64,000 nt of DNA from Nitrosopumilus sp. (GTDB taxonomy: Archaea; Thermoproteota; Nitrososphaeria; Nitrososphaerales; Nitrosopumilaceae): contig CBDBLO010000002.1 in NCBI GenBank assembly GCA_965207075.1, forward strand, positions 704,001 through 768,000. Reading direction: 5' to 3'. A program made the translations under genes and the position numbers. Position 1 is the first letter of the stretch, and every line of letters begins with the position of its first letter. Below, one piece after another: positions 37,928 to 48,382 of the stretch. The notes under the pieces were generated by a model that searched no databases, was not told where the DNA came from, and saw only the letters and a list, made by a program, of their open reading frames with translations.

Positions 37928-39616
37928 TCAGAACGGGAGCGACGGCATCCCGGCGACTCCCGCAAGCCTGTCATAGTATAATATGCCCGCTATGACTGCC
38001 AGCAGCACCCCCGTGTGCAGGCTGTGCAGTATGGTCGCATACCTGATCTGAGAGACCAATACCATGGAGCAGAACGCCCCCACCACGACGAGCACCAGGT
38101 TCAGCTCCGCAAGCAGCCCGCCCGTGTCGTATCCCAGGTACGGGGCATCCGGTGCAGTGTCGCCCGCCAGAACGTCGAGCGCGGCGAACTGGTCAAAGCT
38201 CATCACCGGGATCATGATGATCATCATCACGACTATGACGGCCCCCATGTACCCTGTCATCAGCGGCGTTGTAGTCTTGGCGGACATCTCCCTTTTCGTC
38301 TCGATGTGGTGCGACGAAAACAGCGCCAGCCTGTCCAAAACGGCGGGCGTCACGGAGCCGCTGCGCGCCGCCTGCGCCATCAGTGTCATGACGCAGTCGG
38401 CAAGCCACGAGCCCGTCCGCACCTCCTGCAGCGCCTTTGATATCTCGACGCCCAAAAGGACGCGGGACCTGACGCCCCGCAGGACATCGTTGAACTGGGT
38501 AGTGTACGGGGCCATGGCTTCCGCGGACGCAAACGCCGCAAAAAAGCTCGGGTTTGAGCGCATCTTCTGGTTTATGTCGCGCACGAACGAGGGAACCGAC
38601 CGCTCCAAGCCCGACATGCCGGCAAGGTGCCTGCGGGACATGCAGTGGTTTGCGATGCACCACGTGGCAAGCGGGAATGCCGCAATCTCCCACCACGACA
38701 TGCCAATCAGGAGGCAGGTGATGCCGACCGCGCCCGCCGCCGCCACGGGTATCCTGCTGACGGGTATTTTGCCCGCCGGCACGGGGGATGCCGCCGCCGC
38801 CCTTGCCACCAGGGCCATAGTGATGGCAGGCACCGCCAAAATGCCGAACCCACACAGGAACAAAAGGGTGTACTGGTCCATCATTATCCCCCCCACCACG
38901 ACGAATATCGGGAACATCGCGAGCCCGAACGACCCGATGGTGGCAAGCATCTCGGCAGTCGACGCGTACGCGTCCATGCGCTGTTTGGCGGCCGTGTGGT
39001 ACTCCCGCAGCCTCTCGTGCAGGTATGCAGCCGTACCGACGCCGCCGGTTGTCTGCGATACCGCATAGCCGCGCAAAAAATCCCGGAACGCGACAGACGG
39101 GTGCGCCGTGCCGAGGCTGTGCAGCACGTCGGCAAACGATCTCGAGAACACCCGCATCTCACGCCGTATTATCAGGGACTCGCGGTACATGGCCGGGAAC
39201 ATCGAGCCGCCGCTACCGCTACCGAGCGCCTCAAAGGCCCCGTGCAGCCCGCGGCCGGTCTTTTCCATGATGTCGCAGTATATGGCAAAAAAGAAGAGCT
39301 CCGCGTCCGCGCCGGCCGCCCTTTTTCGCGCGGCATCCCGGAGCCCCATGCCCTTTATGAAAAACATGGCCGGGGGAGCCGCCAGAAACAAGAGCGAGTA
39401 CGGCGCCCCGGTGGCGGCATACAGTATAATCGAGATGCAGGCAGCCGGGATTGCACCGAGAAGCGTGGCGCCGACAGACTCCGTGGCTTTCTGGCGCGGG
39501 GAGGCAGCTATGCCGGCCGCGGGGATGTCCCGCGAGTAGCGCCCCGCCAGATATCGGTGCATCCTCCTGACAGCGCCAAACCTCAGCATGGCGTGGCCCG
39601 TTCTACCCGTAATCAT
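37928..39616 (-). CDS. TadC/FlaJ-like pilus platform membrane protein
   Basis: Two T2SSF-like cytoplasmic domains (HPSVAFRDFLRGY; LERSVPSFVRDI) separated by TM bundles. Confidence 0.85.
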   Translation of the reverse strand: MITGRTGHAMLRFGAVRRMHRYLAGRYSRDIPAAGIAASPRQKATESVGATLLGAIPAACISIILYAATGAPYSLLFLAAPPAMFFIKGMGLRDAARKRAAGADAELFFFAIYCDIMEKTGRGLHGAFEALGSGSGGSMFPAMYRESLIIRREMRVFSRSFADVLHSLGTAHPSVAFRDFLRGYAVSQTTGGVGTAAYLHERLREYHTAAKQRMDAYASTAEMLATIGSFGLAMFPIFVVVGGIMMDQYTLLFLCGFGILAVPAITMALVARAAAASPVPAGKIPVSRIPVAAAGAVGITCLLIGMSWWEIAAFPLATWCIANHCMSRRHLAGMSGLERSVPSFVRDINQKMRSNPSFFAAFASAEAMAPYTTQFNDVLRGVRSRVLLGVEISKALQEVRTGSWLADCVMTLMAQAARSGSVTPAVLDRLALFSSHHIETKREMSAKTTTPLMTGYMGAVIVVMMIIMIPVMSFDQFAALDVLAGDTAPDAPYLGYDTGGLLAELNLVLVVVGAFCSMVLVSQIRYATILHSLHTGVLLAVIAGILYYDRLAGVAGMPSLPF

Positions 39617-42600
39617 TTTGGCGCCTTTCCTCCTTCTTGGTGCCCCGCGCCGTTGTGGCCGTCCGGGACGTTATCTCCCGCCCCACCCTTGCCATCCCGT
39701 CTAGCGCGCCGCCGATCACGTACGATATGCGCGAGCCCGCCTTCCTGTATGCGATGTATCCGGTCGCCGCCGCCACGCCTGCCAGTATAACGGACATCAC
39801 GCGCGCATAGTCCGGCTCGTATACGGCTGCCAGCTCCGTGTCGCGGTGGGCCTGCATGACAAACGAGGACGGCTTGCCGGGAGCCCCCTCCCAGTATGCC
39901 AGGCGCTCCGGTATGAGGTGCGGCACTATATGGCCCGGCTCCGCCCGTATCTGGACGTCGGCCCCGTACGGGTATATGCCGCCGCCCGAGCCGCCCGTCA
40001 CGAACACCTGCACGCTCCTCTCGTATGTGGCGGTGACCGTTATGGCGTCGTCTCCGGGCCCCACGCGTATCCCGTCGTAGGCGCCGTCGCCATTTTCGTC
40101 AGCCAGGTATCCGCCTCCTCCCCCATATGCCACGTCAAGCAGGCCGTACCCCGAGTCGAGGGCCTCGGGAAACACAAACTGCAGGTGCTCCGGGTGCCGC
40201 AATGTAGTCTCAAACGGCGTGACGAGCTTGGTGCCGTTGCCCAGCGAGAATTCTATTTCGAGCCCGCTGCCGCCGTCGTCTGATACGGCGTCGACCCTGA
40301 GGAGGACCGCCATCTCCGAATGTATGGGCACCGACACGGTGCCGGGCTCGAACCCGTCTATGTGGCCCCGCACCACAATGGTGGCGTCGCCCGGGGTGGC
40401 GGGGGTGACCCGGAACACCCCGGGCGCGGCCTGCTCCACGGGCCAGGGCGAGTCCGCCACTTCATATGATGTGTACGGGAGGGCGCGGTCGGCACTTGCC
40501 GCGGCGCCACTGCCACTACTATCATCATCATCATCATCATTGTTGTTGTTGCCACCCGCAGGCAGCAAGACATCAGGCGCAACCAGCGACGACGACACGC
40601 GGATCTCAAACGGCTCGCCCGCGGCGACCCGCGGCGGGGCGTCTGCCGTGAGGTTCATGTAGTTGAGAAACGAGACTATTTCATTCTGGACGCCGCCCCC
40701 CAGGGAATGCAGGACACCCACCAGGTGGGAACCGGCGCCGGACACTGCACCTACCGTCCCGCCGTGGTATAGGAAACCCGTGGCGGCAGCAGCAGGCGGC
40801 ACCCCGCCGCCTCCCCCTCCCCCTCCCTGCTTTGTCGACGCAGCCGCCATGTCCACCCTCTCCACCGGTATCCCGAACGGGTCGACCGTATGGATGGCAA
40901 ACGGAAAGTCCTCGCCCGAGTGCACTACAGACGGCACGGCCATCTCTACCGAGACCGGGACGCCGCCCGGCGTGACGGTGCCGTATGCGGGGCCCGCGGC
41001 CCCGGGGCTGCCCTCCAGCGTGGCTACCACGCCGGTCTCCCCCGTGACTACACCGTATATGACGGCCGTATTCGATGATGACGACGTGGATGCGCCGATC
41101 GCCACGTTCTCGACGCGGCCGTCCCCGAACGCCACGGATATGGTCCTGTCCCGCCCGAACTCGCCGCGCACGTCTATTATGCGGCCCTTGCCGTCGATGA
41201 TGCTTGCCACGTACAGCGGCTGCGCCGTGGCGCCGAGCATGGCCGGAACCGGGACGAGCTGCAGGCGGTAGCCGGTCTCGTACGGGGCGGCGACGCGGAG
41301 CGTGCCGGTGGCCGTATGCCCCCCCGAGGTCACGCCTATGTCGTACGTCCCCTCCCGGCCCGCCGCAATCGGAAAGTCGTACGCGTTGGTGTACCTGGTC
41401 GGGTGGGCGACGTGGACGGGCTGGACGAGCACGTCCCCGTGCGGGGCCGCCACCGTCACGCGGTGGTAGTCCGCCCTTACCGGGATCAGCCGCGTGTACT
41501 CGGATTCCGTGTCAATCTTGGTGCCGTTCTCGTCGTATGTGACGGTATGCGCGGTCTCCGTCTCCAGGTGGTAAAAACCGACCGTCCCGCGCGCGGCGTG
41601 GCCGGTCACGTCGGGATAGACCCAGAACCGTATGTGGTTTGCAGGCGGCTTTTCTGGCAGCTCCCGCGGAAGCTGCGGGATGCCCTGGTGCCCGCCATGT
41701 ATGGCGGCGCGGGCGTGCTCGTCCACTATGCGCTGCGCGTATTCCCGGAACGTCTCGGCCTTGCCGCCGCCGCCGCCGCCGCACCCGACCGGCTCTGCCG
41801 CCGCCGCACTGCCGGCTTCCGCTACACCGGCATCGCGCGCCGTGCCGTTTTCGGGGATCTGCAGAGTGCCGCCGCCGTTGCGGTCTATATCGCCGCCGCC
41901 GCCACTGTTGCTGCTACTGCCACCACCACCACCACTGTCCTTGACATCCCCAAACACGACCGCGCCGACGCAGACGGGCACGGACGCGACGCCGTACCCG
42001 GGTATCGTCGCGGTCAGGACGACGTGTCCGGGTTCCAGCCCCGCGTAGGCAGTACCCTGCGCCACGCCGTTGCGCACTACAACCGTGCCGGAGCTTGAAT
42101 CCTTGTTTGCAGGGACGTTTTCCGTCAGCCGGACCGCGTCCACGTTGGTGGTCTGAATCTCGCCGCGTATCACGCGCGGCGGGTGGAAGGGGCTGCCCTG
42201 CACATCATAGTCATCATCATCATCGTAATTTCCGCCCTTTTCCATCCATATCGTATAGTGTACGACTCCCCCCTGCAGGATCACGTCCGGGACTGCGGCC
42301 ATGTGGACCGTGACCGCGTCCCGGTCGTATACTATGTGTTCGGTATCGGCATCCAGTCCCGCGGCCGCCGCCGTCACGGAGCCGGACCCGTTGACCTGCA
42401 GTGCGAATGCCGCGTAGGTCTGCCCCTCCGCTATGGGGACGATACGGGGGGCGCCTATCATGCCCGATGCCACGATGCGCACGTCCGTGTCGCGGACTGC
42501 CTGCACCGGGTACCCGTTGCCGTCAAGCACCACCACGACTGCGGTGATGTCCGATGCCGACGTTACATTGCCCGGCATTACCAGATCCAGGCCGCTCGGG

Positions 42601-43013
42601 CCGGCCGAGGGGGAGAACACGGTGCCTCCTGCCAGCCCCACGTCGCCCGCGTGGGTGGCGTGCACCTCGGCGGGGCCGCTCCGGACCGCCTGGATCTCAA
42701 AGAGGCCGTGGTTCATGCCGGGAGGTATGACGGCAATGGCCGGTATGCCGACAGACACGGAGCCCGTCGCCAAGTACACGGTGCGGTCCGACATAGCTCC
42801 GAATGGCGCGGGCCTGTCGGTTACGGCCACTCCCTGATACGTCTGGCCCGCGATCATCTTGTCGGGTATGTGCAGGTAGAGCGCGGCCTCTGCCGGGGTC
42901 GCGCCAAACGGCGCGGCGCGCCCGCCCTCCGCAACTACATCCATGATAGCAAGAAAAGAGACCGCGGCGGCGCCCATTGCCATCAAAAAGTACGCTGCCT
43001 GCCGCGATCTCAC
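39603..43013 (-). CDS. Large secreted Ig-like surface protein with C-terminal anchor
   Basis: Signal peptide, beta-rich repeats, GGSGGGIYPYG motif, TM plus basic tail. Confidence 0.8.
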   Translation of the reverse strand: MRSRQAAYFLMAMGAAAVSFLAIMDVVAEGGRAAPFGATPAEAALYLHIPDKMIAGQTYQGVAVTDRPAPFGAMSDRTVYLATGSVSVGIPAIAVIPPGMNHGLFEIQAVRSGPAEVHATHAGDVGLAGGTVFSPSAGPSGLDLVMPGNVTSASDITAVVVVLDGNGYPVQAVRDTDVRIVASGMIGAPRIVPIAEGQTYAAFALQVNGSGSVTAAAAGLDADTEHIVYDRDAVTVHMAAVPDVILQGGVVHYTIWMEKGGNYDDDDDYDVQGSPFHPPRVIRGEIQTTNVDAVRLTENVPANKDSSSGTVVVRNGVAQGTAYAGLEPGHVVLTATIPGYGVASVPVCVGAVVFGDVKDSGGGGGSSSNSGGGGDIDRNGGGTLQIPENGTARDAGVAEAGSAAAAEPVGCGGGGGGKAETFREYAQRIVDEHARAAIHGGHQGIPQLPRELPEKPPANHIRFWVYPDVTGHAARGTVGFYHLETETAHTVTYDENGTKIDTESEYTRLIPVRADYHRVTVAAPHGDVLVQPVHVAHPTRYTNAYDFPIAAGREGTYDIGVTSGGHTATGTLRVAAPYETGYRLQLVPVPAMLGATAQPLYVASIIDGKGRIIDVRGEFGRDRTISVAFGDGRVENVAIGASTSSSSNTAVIYGVVTGETGVVATLEGSPGAAGPAYGTVTPGGVPVSVEMAVPSVVHSGEDFPFAIHTVDPFGIPVERVDMAAASTKQGGGGGGGGVPPAAAATGFLYHGGTVGAVSGAGSHLVGVLHSLGGGVQNEIVSFLNYMNLTADAPPRVAAGEPFEIRVSSSLVAPDVLLPAGGNNNNDDDDDDSSGSGAAASADRALPYTSYEVADSPWPVEQAAPGVFRVTPATPGDATIVVRGHIDGFEPGTVSVPIHSEMAVLLRVDAVSDDGGSGLEIEFSLGNGTKLVTPFETTLRHPEHLQFVFPEALDSGYGLLDVAYGGGGGYLADENGDGAYDGIRVGPGDDAITVTATYERSVQVFVTGGSGGGIYPYGADVQIRAEPGHIVPHLIPERLAYWEGAPGKPSSFVMQAHRDTELAAVYEPDYARVMSVILAGVAAATGYIAYRKAGSRISYVIGGALDGMARVGREITSRTATTARGTKKEERRQNDYG

Positions 43014-43046
43014 GACATGTCAATTGCGGATTTGATAAAAGGCGGC

Positions 43047-43253
43047 ATGCGCGCATGTGCTTGCATTCACGTGACGGTGCCGTGGCCGCGGCGTGGCCGA
43101 TCTGCTCTATGGCAGCGCCAAGCCCAGCACTTGAACAGCTGCCCGAAATGCAACAAGCGCATGGCGCCCTCCCCCTGTTGCCCGCCCTGCATGGATCGGG
43201 GCGCTCCGGCATTACGACCGTTATCAGTGCACGTGGCAATGGAGCAAGTGTGA
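43047..43253 (+). CDS. Small Cys-rich zinc-finger-like protein
   Basis: MRACAC...CPKC...PCCPPC; TTTGATAAAA upstream; loosely like 16472-16657. Confidence 0.45.
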   Translation: MRACACIHVTVPWPRRGRSALWQRQAQHLNSCPKCNKRMAPSPCCPPCMDRGAPALRPLSVHVAMEQV

Positions 43254-43858
43254 CGCCCGGCATGATACTTGACACGTTCGAGCTGCGGGGCCGCGGCAAG
43301 GTTGCAAAGGAGTCAGTCGGGATGATATCCCAAAAGATAATGTCTGGCCAGGCAGGCGCCGTCGTGGGCGCCGCGGGGCCAATGATGCAGGGCATGAAGC
43401 AGGACGAGCAGCCATCATACGGGGCGACATACGGGGCAGCATCGACATCATCAAAGACAGGGGGAAGCGCGCCGCGGGCCCGCTCGTGTGAACCGTGGTG
43501 AAGAGGCTCGGGGGCGGGGCGTCGGGCAGGGCGGTAAACGCGCTCGTGGCTGACGGCGTCTCAAAGATACCCGGGGAACCGACATAGGAATCATGGGCGC
43601 GATCCTCCACCTCTCCTCTCCTCCCTCTTTCCCGCACCACGCGCCAGGATGGGCGACTTGCCCATGTCCGGCAGCGCACGGGCCAGACCTGGCCGCCGGA
43701 GCCGGTTCACAGCAAGTTCAGATCCCAGACGCGTCGCACGCCATGAGGGGGTGGGGGGCCTGCTCACGAGAAGCCAGCGCCCCCACGCACGCCGCTGGTA
43801 TCCGAATCTGCGGGGAGTCTGAAATTGAAATTTATTTATAGTATCATGGGTAATATAA

Positions 43859-43951
43859 CAATGTCAAAGGGCGGAGCACCCCCGTGGTGAGTAGCATGCC
43901 GCCTATGGAATGTGCTAGTGGAGGGTTCTCGGCTACACATTCTTGACATTA
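43859..43951 (-). ncRNA. Candidate DUF3800-associated structured RNA
   Basis: Starts at DUF3800 stop; closing stem AAUGUCAAG/UUUGACAUU enclosing two hairpins (AAUGUG/CACAUU; GGCGG/CCGCC). Confidence 0.6.
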
Positions 43952-44659
43952 TTATGGATACACCTTGTAGCCGTGGCCTCGGACCGCGCCAGAACTGCTC
44001 TTGAGAAGCTTGGCGCGTACGATGTCCCAGTACCGTACAAATTGATCGTTGGTCGCCCAGTGCTTCAGGGCGCAGTATGCGAATGCGTCGGCCACCTGTA
44101 TTCCATACACCCCTGCCGAGTCGGCAAAGGCGGGCTGCGTGATGCGGGTCAGTCGCTGATAACCCATTCCATGATTTGTCAGCTTGCTGTACGTTCTGAG
44201 TATTGCACTCCGCGTCCTGTTGGGACCGGTGTCGGCCTTTATGTGCCCGGATGCCATGCGGTTTTCCCTCAGAAACATGTCATACCTTTCCAGGAGAAGC
44301 GACCAGGCCATATCCAGCGGCGACTTGGCGGGTTTTTCTGATTGGAGCTTGTTTTTGTCGATTATGATCAATATTCCTGTGCATTCGGTCTTCGCGATCA
44401 TCTCATACAATTTGTCTAGCAGGTCGGTTTTTGTGTCGAGACTTATGGAGCCAAAATTGTTTTTGGAACCGTAGATATCATGCGTGTGTATCTCAGAATC
44501 AACAAAACCCCCAATAAAGTTGGACTGCTTGTATTCGAAGACCATTCTTTGTAACTTTTTGATGTGTTCGTCTCGCGCTATGACGCCCGACAAGACAAAA
44601 TGTTTTGTATGATCGGCACGGCTTGGAGAGCCGGAATCGTCCACATACATAACTGGCAT
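43952..44659 (-). CDS. DUF3800 family protein (RNase H-like fold)
   Basis: YVDDSG, HFVLSG, EIH, FADS..GIQVADAFAY. Confidence 0.9.
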   Translation of the reverse strand: MPVMYVDDSGSPSRADHTKHFVLSGVIARDEHIKKLQRMVFEYKQSNFIGGFVDSEIHTHDIYGSKNNFGSISLDTKTDLLDKLYEMIAKTECTGILIIIDKNKLQSEKPAKSPLDMAWSLLLERYDMFLRENRMASGHIKADTGPNRTRSAILRTYSKLTNHGMGYQRLTRITQPAFADSAGVYGIQVADAFAYCALKHWATNDQFVRYWDIVRAKLLKSSSGAVRGHGYKVYP

Positions 44660-45388
44660 GTATTTGTATTGGAAATTCTCGTATTTATACCCGTCGATAT
44701 ATGAACAATTGGTGAATATTGCATTAAGCAAGTAATTATGAACTAATTGAGTGTGTTTTTAGTAAGACAATGCAAAAGTTGAAGATTAGGCGCTTATGCA
44801 CGTTAATGTAGTAAAACAAAACCAGGTTGCAGTCATAGGGAAATTATTGCCAAGGATTGGAAAATTAAACTATGGAAACATGGGATAAAATGTGAATACG
44901 GAGCTCAAACTTATCACATGACAAAATAATATAGTTAGAAAAAGAGATGAAGTGGCAGAAAATGGCGGTAAGAGCATTCCCGACATCCTTGTGATCTGTA
45001 TGCCGGGGGCGCGACTGCATCGATGTCCATGCGCGCCCGGAGCAGCCTCGAAGCCGCAGTAAACTATGATGGCATGTCGTGGCGCACCGCATCAACATCA
45101 GAAGGAGGGTTTGACGGTGTGCGCCGCAGGCTCATGGCATGTCACAGAAGGGCTTGGTACTGTTTTGTGAGGGCGGCGGCCCGTACCCCGAGACAGGCGC
45201 AGGCTGTCGTGGGTTCGGATAGGTATGCGTCCAAGAGGATCGGCGCGCTTGGGCGGCCGGTCAACGGGCCGCCGAAGACGCTGACCCCGGACGGGCCGCT
45301 GACGTTGGTGCGGTGAAGAGCGATGCCGCCTGCAGTTGTCCCGTGTACCGTCGCCGCCTCCGCCACTGCCGCCGGCCCCGCAGCGGCG

Positions 45389-46867
45389 CTACTCGTTCAG
45401 CCTTCCCACGGTAAGTATGGTGTCGCCCACGTCCACGCCCGCGTGCGACGCGGCCGGGACGCCGCCTGAGAACCCGTCCGGGCTGTACGACACGGAGATC
45501 TCGCCGTCGACCGTTATGACGTCGCCTGCATCCACGTCTGCCTCAAGCCACACGTCCAGCTGCCCCCCGTACGCCCACGCGGCGCCTATGTCCCCGGTCA
45601 GCCTGTATACGCAGTTGTAATAGTACGTGTCAAAGCCCGTGCGGGCCAGCTCCACGTCCCTTGCAAGGGACTCGGCAGGCGCCGCAGTCCCCAGCGGGAC
45701 GGACTGGACGGTCCGGCCGTCGTTCTGCACCCGTATGGACGCCGAGAACGAGGGCCTGGGCATCTGCTCCTCCCACGCTGTCATCTGGTCGTCCACCGTA
45801 TCGTGGAACTCGGAGAGGCAGTCGCACGGGTTGGTCGAGTGGGCCCTGCTGTCTGTACAGCGGAATTCCGAGTCAAAGCCGTACGTGGCGCCTGCCTGTC
45901 CCGTGTACGGGGTCTCGACGCGTACTGCCATCTTGCCCGTGTACGGAACCGTTATGCTGCCGCTTATCGGGAATGTCACCCCGACGCCGTAGTCTGCGCT
46001 GCTCTGGACCACTTGGAACACGTCGGGGTGGCCCTGCAGCGGCGCAATGTCCTCCGGATGGGCCGGCGCGCCCGGGTCGTACCCGAAGTTGGCGCAGGGC
46101 TCGTACTGGTCGTGGTGGCCGGGCTTGATCTTCTCGCCCTCCACCCAGTAGTACCACGAGGGGCTTCCGGCGGGCTTTGGCGTCGCGCCCCCGAGCCCGC
46201 TGTCGGACACCAGGAAGGGACTGTCGTATATGATGTGCTTTTCCCACTTGGTGTACCACGACTCCCCGGGCTTGGAGAACAGGACCTTGCAGTATATGCT
46301 GCTGTCCGAGTGGTGGTACGCGATCACCGTGTCGGCCCCCCTCTGGCTTGCCGAGCCTCCGTCGAGCCCCATGACGGCCACGTACCCGAACGTGTCTGCG
46401 GGGGCGGCCAGCGACTGCGGCGGCGGGGCGGCCCTGTCGATCGCGAATATGGCACCCCGCGCCGTCACTCCCCGGAACATGTGGTCCTCGTCGCCTAGCA
46501 GGGCCGCCATGCTGTTCGGGAGGGGTGGCGGGTCCGTCCCGCCGCCACTGCCCGTCAGGTTCTGCGCCTGGTACGCGTGCACCGTATAGTTGACGTGCCA
46601 CGCCCCGGACAGCGCCCCGTCCTCGTAGCCCCTGAACTGTATCACTGTGACGTCCCTTGCGATGTTGTTGGTGAGTGTGATATGTGTGCCGTCATATATC
46701 TCGCCCCGCACATGTGACGACGACAGCGACGGGCTGGACGCCCCGGTGCGCTCCAGCATGTCCCGCTGGATCTCCCCGAGCTCGGCCTGCTGCTCCAGCC
46801 CCGAGTATATGCCGTACAGCCCCAGGGCGACCAGCGACACCATTCCGATTACGATTATGGGGTTCAT
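45389..46867 (-). CDS. Minor pilin/adhesin-like protein
   Basis: N-terminal hydrophobic helix MNPIIVIGMVSLVALG, ITLTNN..VTV..VTARGAIF pilin-like domain, Cys-rich C-terminal part. Confidence 0.65.
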   Translation of the reverse strand: MNPIIVIGMVSLVALGLYGIYSGLEQQAELGEIQRDMLERTGASSPSLSSSHVRGEIYDGTHITLTNNIARDVTVIQFRGYEDGALSGAWHVNYTVHAYQAQNLTGSGGGTDPPPLPNSMAALLGDEDHMFRGVTARGAIFAIDRAAPPPQSLAAPADTFGYVAVMGLDGGSASQRGADTVIAYHHSDSSIYCKVLFSKPGESWYTKWEKHIIYDSPFLVSDSGLGGATPKPAGSPSWYYWVEGEKIKPGHHDQYEPCANFGYDPGAPAHPEDIAPLQGHPDVFQVVQSSADYGVGVTFPISGSITVPYTGKMAVRVETPYTGQAGATYGFDSEFRCTDSRAHSTNPCDCLSEFHDTVDDQMTAWEEQMPRPSFSASIRVQNDGRTVQSVPLGTAAPAESLARDVELARTGFDTYYYNCVYRLTGDIGAAWAYGGQLDVWLEADVDAGDVITVDGEISVSYSPDGFSGGVPAASHAGVDVGDTILTVGRLNE

Positions 46868-46877
46868 GAAAACATGC

Positions 46878-47633
46878 TCACCTGACAAGCGTATACTCGT
46901 GCACGATCCTCGGGTCCGCGGATATGCTGTGTGAGTCGTACCACCTGCTATACTCTGGAAACGGCATGTCCGGCATAATGACGGTCCGAGACTCTGCGGC
47001 CGTGTCGTATCCCAGCACGAACCTGTCCCCGGCCTGGGAGGTGATCGAGAGGGGCACGCTGTAAAAGTATGTATCGATCTCACCCCAGTACGCCCCCACC
47101 TCCAGGCCCTGCTCCCCGTACGGGGCAAGGTGCAGGACGGTGTCCTGTATGGAGTCTGCGAGCCATACATCCCACGCCGACGTGGGGCGTACGGTCATCG
47201 TGTTATAATCAAGGAGCATCACGGTGCCCCTGCCGTCAAAATCCACCGCAACTATCCAGACGGGGCCGTACGCGTGGTGTGTCATCCGGTGCACAAAATC
47301 CATGCGCAGCGTATAGCAGGGGTCCGGATAGGTCGCCTCCGCGGCATGCACGCTGTGGCATATTTCGTACGTGTATGAGTCGCCTGTCTCCAGGTTCTCG
47401 CCCAGGCGCCAGGTCGGCGGCAGGGAGGCGGCGGCAGGCTGGGCGGCCTCCTCTGCTGCTACCGCCGCAGCCCCGCCAGCGCCAAGGCACAGCACGGCCG
47501 CAACCACGGCCATGCAGGCAGGGAGTAAAAGGAGGAGGATGGGGCGGCGGTAGCAGCAGTCTAGGACGCGGGGCGTCCCGAACGCCCCCCTCAATGGGCA
47601 CATGACGTCGGGCTGTTGGTTCACTGTCTGCAA
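46878..47633 (-). CDS. Secreted hypothetical protein
   Basis: Signal-like MAVVAAVLCLG; GENLETGDSYTYEIC; start uncertain. Confidence 0.65.
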   Translation of the reverse strand: MQTVNQQPDVMCPLRGAFGTPRVLDCCYRRPILLLLLPACMAVVAAVLCLGAGGAAAVAAEEAAQPAAASLPPTWRLGENLETGDSYTYEICHSVHAAEATYPDPCYTLRMDFVHRMTHHAYGPVWIVAVDFDGRGTVMLLDYNTMTVRPTSAWDVWLADSIQDTVLHLAPYGEQGLEVGAYWGEIDTYFYSVPLSITSQAGDRFVLGYDTAAESRTVIMPDMPFPEYSRWYDSHSISADPRIVHEYTLVR

Positions 47634-47775
47634 GGCCGCTTTTTGTTAAAAGCGTGAATTTTCAAATGCAGGCGGGCGGCCGGTTCGCGGCAGCTGCGCG
47701 CCGGCGGCATCCTGGCGCCACGCGGCGCGGCCTTGGCGCCAGTCCCAAAAGCCGCGTGCCCTGACGGGGCCAAAA

Positions 47776-47821
47776 GTTACCCGAAAACAATCATAGAGCT
47801 CTATGATTGTTTCCGGGTAAC
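47776..47821. repeat. 46-bp near-perfect palindrome, copy 2
   Basis: Identical to 6223-6268. Confidence 0.95.
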
Positions 47822-48020
47822 TAGCCGAATCCCGCATGCGGGAGACCCGTTCCGGAATGATGCACGCGAGCTCGGCGCCAGCCGCTGCATCCTGTGGCGG
47901 CGGCAAAGGTCACGTCGGCAGGGTCGCGCCCCGTCAAAATCTGTATAGCCGGGATCCGGCGGCCCGGTACGAGGAGTCCCCGCACGCAGGCGGTACATAA
48001 CGGATGCAGGACCGCGTGGA

Positions 48021-48206
48021 TCACTTGTCGGGGGCGGCAACAACGTCCGGCACGGCCCGCAGCACCAGGGACCCGTTCCTGGTCTTCTGGACGTAGACAT
48101 AGGTGTGTCTTTTCCACCCGAGTTCCCTGACGAGCTCCGCGGGAAGGCTCACGCCCCACGACCCCCCGTTCTTTTGGATTATCTTGCGAATCAGCACCGC
48201 CGTCAC
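48021..48206 (-). CDS. AbrB/MazE/SpoVT family protein
   Basis: RKIIQKNGGSWGVSLPAELVRELGW...GSLVLR. Confidence 0.8.
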   Translation of the reverse strand: MTAVLIRKIIQKNGGSWGVSLPAELVRELGWKRHTYVYVQKTRNGSLVLRAVPDVVAAPDK

Positions 48207-48382
48207 AAATACGGAAAGCGTAAAAGGGCAAAAGGGCGGGCGCGCACCCTCCGGCACACTTGCCCCCGTTATGGCAATTCCGTGATGTGGGCCGTATGTG
48301 TGGGGAGCATAATACGGTAATCTACCCATATGGCAAGTAAATTACGAAAACATCAAATACAAAAAGCACCATTGTCACGTGC

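Noticed and set aside
38015-43000. Many long plus-strand ORFs opposite TadC and the Ig-like gene
   Set aside because: Shadow ORFs caused by high GC3 on the coding strand; the same applies across the window.
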